DNA from: Podarcis vaucheri
Lineage: Eukaryota
Length of the DNA stretch: 64,000 nucleotides
Strand: one strand, 5' to 3'
Assembly: GCA_965113315.1 (NCBI GenBank)
Contig: OZ220367.1
Shown: positions 58,831 through 64,000 of the stretch, piece after piece
Numbering within the stretch: the first letter of the stretch is position 1
Layout of the letters: the number at the start of each line of letters is the position of its first letter
The notes under the pieces: generated by a model
Databases searched by the model: none
Told to the model about the DNA's origin: nothing
Seen by the model: the letters and a program-made list of their open reading frames with translations, nothing else
Position numbers and translations under genes: made by a program

Positions 58831-61803
58831 GTCTTCTCGGTGACCTTATGTGAGACAATGTGTATTCTTGAGAAACAAGATCCAATTACGGTTTAATGTG
58901 AGTAATCGAAGAGATGGCTCACATTTCAGGTCTATGAGGAAAAACAATTGTTCAGAAAATGAAATCACCATTAAAGTGTGGAAAGGCTTCCATCTTTATT
59001 CAAAGCAACAATCTGTCTTCCCTCAAGGAGCCACAATAGGTGTTTGGAGCTTACCTAGGGGCATATCATTTGTAGTGTTCTTTGTTTTGTTTTGTTTTTC
59101 CTTACACTGGGGGAAATCTCCAAGGGAATGGGAAAACCAAAATGGAAAATGGAAATGTATTTGTTATCTATAGCTGTTCAACCCTGAACATGGAAAGCAT
59201 ACACTTTTTAGGACAAATACATTTTTTAGTCTGACCCTTTTTATTTCTTGTTCTAGTGACTATTACTCTTTTTGGATCTAGAAGTCACGCTGGTAGACAA
59301 CGTAAACAGCATGATCCCTCCTAGAGTGGTTGTATGGCCTTCGAATTGTGAGAATTATGTACATCCTATAGCTAGGACTGATTTTATTAGGGCAATTAAG
59401 ATTGTACTTGTAAGTATGCTAACGACTTACTTCTCAGTAAGCATGCATTGGATTGCACTGTGTAACATTCAGGCTTTGACAAGCAATCTGAAAAGTTTCT
59501 TAAAAAGTGTTATTTCAGTGCAGATAGAATACGAAAAAGCTTGACTGACATGTTAAAAATAATTTATTTGCATATTTAACTACAGTAGAACGCCATCAGT
59601 TAACACCAGAAGTTGGCATGTCATACGGTCAAATGTTTGCATTTAATTAGTTACAAGGAACTGTCTAAGGAGCACATGATAAATGAAGCAATTATATCAA
59701 AAACTGAAATCAAGAACATGCAATAATCTTTTTATACAGTTACTAACTCATTAGCAGAAAAATAACAGGCTGTTTAGAAACTGAGATATTGAAATGAGCC
59801 ACATCATTTTGATTTGCAAGAAAATTAATATTAAGAGCCGATTAACAGAATAATAAGGGAAAGTACCGTATGTATTCCTACAATACTTTTTTGGATACTA
59901 TGCTCAGATTGTTTTTAGAAATAATGCCATTTAAAATCACATTCCTGTTTAGAGAATTGAACGAATTTCCATGTATCTTATATGAAGGGGTTTCTCATAA
60001 CAAATCAAGATACAACTAATTTACTTTTTTTTTTTTTTGCATCTTAATGGCCCTCACAACTACTTACAAGGAAAGAAGAAATAATTACAATAAAAGCAAA
60101 TATCATATGCTGAATAAAAAAAAGCAACAGCACAGCAGTAAAAGTCAACTGTTCCAACTTGCCATCTAGATATACAGAGACTATTCCAATAGCACCCCTC
60201 TTTCAAGTATTCCATAAATAAGACATCACAACAGAAAAGGCCATATTTCCAATTGCCCCTCACCCAGTCTTTGGGAGCAGGTCTATCTGGACTAAAGTCT
60301 CCAATAAAGATTCTAATGATCTTGGGATAAAGGCAGACAGCATTTCCATCAAAAAGATGGGGTGGTTTTATGCTGCCATTGTTATTTGCAATACAAATGT
60401 ACATTCTTTTGTCCCACTGTATGCTTTGGTTAAACTGGTTTTTCAGATTTTCACCTTGCCTCAAGGTGAAGCTGGAAAGCCCCAGTTCCTCTACTTAGAA
60501 AGGAACATTCAGTATATATGCAAACAGCTGTTGGGGGCTACTATTGGCTAATGCCAATGACATCAACATCACCTCACACATTTCTAGAGCAGTTTGCTAC
60601 AATTTTCCATCACATTTTTCTTCTGATCCCCATTCCAAAGTAAAGGATAAACACACTGCTTGTTAACACATACAACTTTGTAGTGCAAAAATGATTCTGT
60701 AATACTGTGCCTCACTCTCATGAAAATATGCACCAGAGAGTATGGAGAATACAGAACAAAAGTGGTCCTCAGAGCACTGCGACAATTTGCAAAATAAAAC
60801 TGAGTCTTAACACCGCTTTGAGGTTTTTTCTGCAATCAAGCAGTATATACATTTTATGAAATAAAAATAATCACACTACACTTTTGCAAAAAAAAATATC
60901 TGTGTGTAAATATTGCAATAAACAAACAATTGCTATATATACACAAGAAGCAGACAGGAAATGTTGCAGTTTAATATGCTAATTTATATGCAGCAGAAGC
61001 AATGATGCCTTCTCTGCTGTTCTCAGTCCCCCTGCCCACCCACAAGATGGCCCAACAACTACTACTGCTGCCTTGTCCTGAGGAACAACTGAAGTCACTT
61101 AGATAACCATGCCCTAGAAAACTGAGAAAGAAGGGAAATTGTGAAGTATTATTAGTATATATTTATATCCCACATTTTCCCCTCAAGGTGGCTTACAGAT
61201 AAAAACAATCGCTTAAACATAGGAAAAATAATAATTACAAGCAATTAAACATTAAGAGAATTAAAATGTTATGTGTTTATAAAATCTGTTTAAAACTTAC
61301 AAATAATTACAATAAAAACAAAAGTACTTTGTATCAACCTGAAACAAGATGCTTAGAATAGTATGGGGCAGCTTCCTACAGAATTGTGATGTTCCCCCAG
61401 TATTATTCGTGTAGGGTAGATTAGATACATCTACAGAGAAGGAAGCTTTGCCAATACCTGTTTTTTCAAAAATGTTTATGGTCATTTGCAGCTACTGGTA
61501 CCATCCTACATTACTTTAGCAAAACCTGTTAGCAGTGTCCATTAAGTCATTAAGTTTAAAGAATAAGTAGCAGTGTAGACAGAATCATACTTTGGAATAA
61601 GGTGCCAGAGTTTGTCAAGTTTGCATTTTTAGTAAAGAAAATATTGGTTTAAAGTGTAGCGATCTTTCCTATTCTAATTTATTCAAGAAGGTTCTAGAGG
61701 CTTCTCTGTGTGATACAAGCTGGTGGAAGCTAGAAATTTCTAGCTGACAAGTAAGCTTCTATTCTGCCTGGAAACAAGCAAAAGGTTCCTGATGTTTGGG
61801 TTA

Positions 61804-62143
61804 CAGTGGTGCCCCGCAAGACGAATGCCTCGCAAGACGGAAAACTTGCTAGACGAAAGAGTTTTCCGTTTTGAAGGTGCTTCGCAAAACGAATTTCCTA
61901 TGGGCTTGCTTCGCAAGACGACAATGTCTTGCGAGTTCCTGCTGTTTTCCCCCCTTTCCCTCCCCCCTTTTTCTAAGCCGCTAAGCCGCTTATCAGCTGA
62001 TTCAATCAGCAGATAAGCCGCTAAAAGCTGCTGAAAGCCGCTGAAAGCGCTAATCCTTCAATGGGCTTGCTTCGCAAGACAAAAAAACCGCTAGGCGAAG
62101 AGAATCACAGAACGGATTATTTTCGTCTTGCGAGGCACCACTG
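61804..62143. mobile_element. Tigger-like MITE, family B
   Basis: TIRs CAGTGGTGCCCCGCAAG / CTTGCGAGGCACCACTG, TA TSD. Confidence 0.9.
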
Positions 62144-62755
62144 TATTCCTTCAGAGAAGCTGAACAGCCGGTTTAAACTGGTTCTGTTACCTCTTTCTCT
62201 CAAGGTCATATAAATAACAGGCCAGAAGGAGATTGGGTTTCACTTTCTGTCTTTCTTTCCTTCTGGTGTGGTGGTCTCTATGATCCTTAGGGTCCCTTCC
62301 AATTCTACAATTCTATTCTAAATAACAGGAAATATACCAGTTTAGTTACAATTCACTATTAAAGGGGATCAGTTATGTTATAAAACAAACCATTCACCAT
62401 TATAAGCACACTGAGTGAATTATTAGTTCTATAACCACATAAAGGAAATGATACAAACATTTGGTTAAATCAGACATACAATACCCCATATATGTGAAAT
62501 CTGTTAATATACAGTCTGTTTAAATTAGTTGTTCATTTGTTAGGTGACTCACTAAGCACAAGAAAAATGAGCACAAAGGAGCTAACTACAGAACAGATTG
62601 CAATTCATGAACCTTGACTCATTTGTCTGACAAATTTTAAATTAGCATACACACACAAAATATTAAAATATTGGATATGTTGGAAACTTGGTCAAAACAA
62701 ACCTTTACATTAATTATGCCATGGAGCAGATATATTGCTACGACACTAGTGGAAC

Positions 62756-62904
62756 CAGTGCTTTTTTTCTTGGGGTACACAGGGTTATGCATACCCCAAA
62801 ACGTTTTGTGAATCTGTGTCTGGCCTCATTGAGGGGCAGTATTTCAATATGAGTAGAAAAATGAGAGTACCCCTAAACATTTTTTTTTTAGAAAAAAAAC
62901 ACTG
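62756..62904. mobile_element. hAT MITE
   Basis: TIRs CAGTGCTTTTTTTCT / AGAAAAAAAACACTG; perfect 8-bp TSD AGTGGAAC (62748-62755, 62905-62912). Confidence 0.9.
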
Positions 62905-64000
62905 AGTGGAACTATATGAACTACATAAAGGCTTATTATTGCCTACTGGCCCTAGGAAGGTGAATTTGCTGTGACATGCTTGCTAAGCATTTTGAGGATA
63001 AACTACTTCCATCCTATAGGATTTGATCCTGCTGAAGAAAAGTGCTTTCTTGTATTGGATGAGTTTCAGTTGCTGCAGCCTGAGGATATGGTATTTGGCT
63101 AGGTTTGTGCAACCACTTGTGTTTTGTACTCTTGCACCTCATGGCTTATAAAATCTGCTAGAAAGGGGGCAGCTGAATGGGCCAGGAAGGTGATTAATGC
63201 ATCAAGAAGGAGTGGTCCCAGGTGTCTTGCCAAATGCAAGATGGTTCTTTTAAAAGAGATTCAGACGCAATACAAAACACAAGCAAGTGAGAAGATTTTA
63301 TTTCTAAACTGAAAGCAATATATACATAACAATCATGCCCTTCCCTCTGCCACTTGGAAGCCCTCAAGAACCGACGAAGTGACTCCTCCAGGTAGTTTCA
63401 GTCTGTGCATAGGCCAGTCTGTGCATAAGCTTCTGAAAGACTCTGCCCAAACCAACCAATGTTATAAATAGCCACCTCCTCCCAATGCCTCACTTTAATA
63501 ATTTCCAACATCAAAGAAGGTTTCCAGCACTATCCTCCCAGACTGATTAAGGCAGCTGGGGGGGGGGGTTTCATCTCCTCCCAACTGATTAGGACACCAA
63601 AGATTGTTCTCACACCTTCAAAAACTTAAAGGCTGGGAGGGAGGGGGAAGAAACAGAGGCAGGAAGGGTAACCATGTTAGAATCATGTGACTTCCCGGTA
63701 TAGGGTGATATATAAATTCAACAAATAAATCATCATCATCACTAACTCCTCGATATACATTTTGTCTTCTGGATGGATTTCCCATACACCAGGCTGCCTG
63801 AAGGAGGTGGCTGCAAGACCACTGCTGAAGAAGCCTTCCCTAGACCTCAAAGTTCTTAATAATTTTAGATAAGAACATTGCCCAGAAAGGGGACATTTGC
63901 TGCTTGAGTGGTTTGGTACCAACCAGATCCAGGTTGTTTTGGAGGAGACAGATTTTCTAGATCCATTTCAATTGAGATTCAGGCCTGGTTTCAGTGTGGG

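Noticed and set aside
54973-64000. FBXO36 coding exon 1 and promoter
   Set aside because: No MAS..GQxPPPSKD-like frame or CpG island seen; intron 1 evidently continues past the window.

Overview
Eukaryotic (vertebrate) genomic DNA, most likely a squamate and probably a lacertid lizard, judged from Sauria SINEs, BovB, CR1, L2 with (AAT)n tails and Penelope remnants. Three protein-coding loci are supported. (1) An intronless-CDS rhodopsin-class 7TM receptor of the GPR148 / type-2 'OR-like' group on the minus strand (9553-10497); its position next to SLC16A14 suggests it is the ortholog of mouse Csprs (group kappa). (2) A complete SLC16A14 (MCT14) on the plus strand: CpG-island first exon(s) at about 26.3-27.0 kb and four coding exons from 31587 to 38681, giving 514 aa. 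(3) Coding exons 2-4 of FBXO36 on the minus strand (54972 down to 45318), tail-to-tail with SLC16A14; exon 1 lies beyond the window. The rest is dense with transposons (hAT and Tc1/Tigger-type MITEs with TIRs and TSDs, SINEs, LINE fragments, solo LTRs), several of them nested. Most notable non-genic signals: an intact minimal hammerhead-ribozyme motif from a Penelope element in the sense strand of FBXO36 intron 2, inverted Penelope repeats bracketing the F-box exon, a hAT MITE family carrying TTAGGG repeats, a solo LTR holding an open acidic/RRSARL reading frame, and a near-consensus CTCF site between the receptor gene and SLC16A14. All calls are by eye, without database searches.
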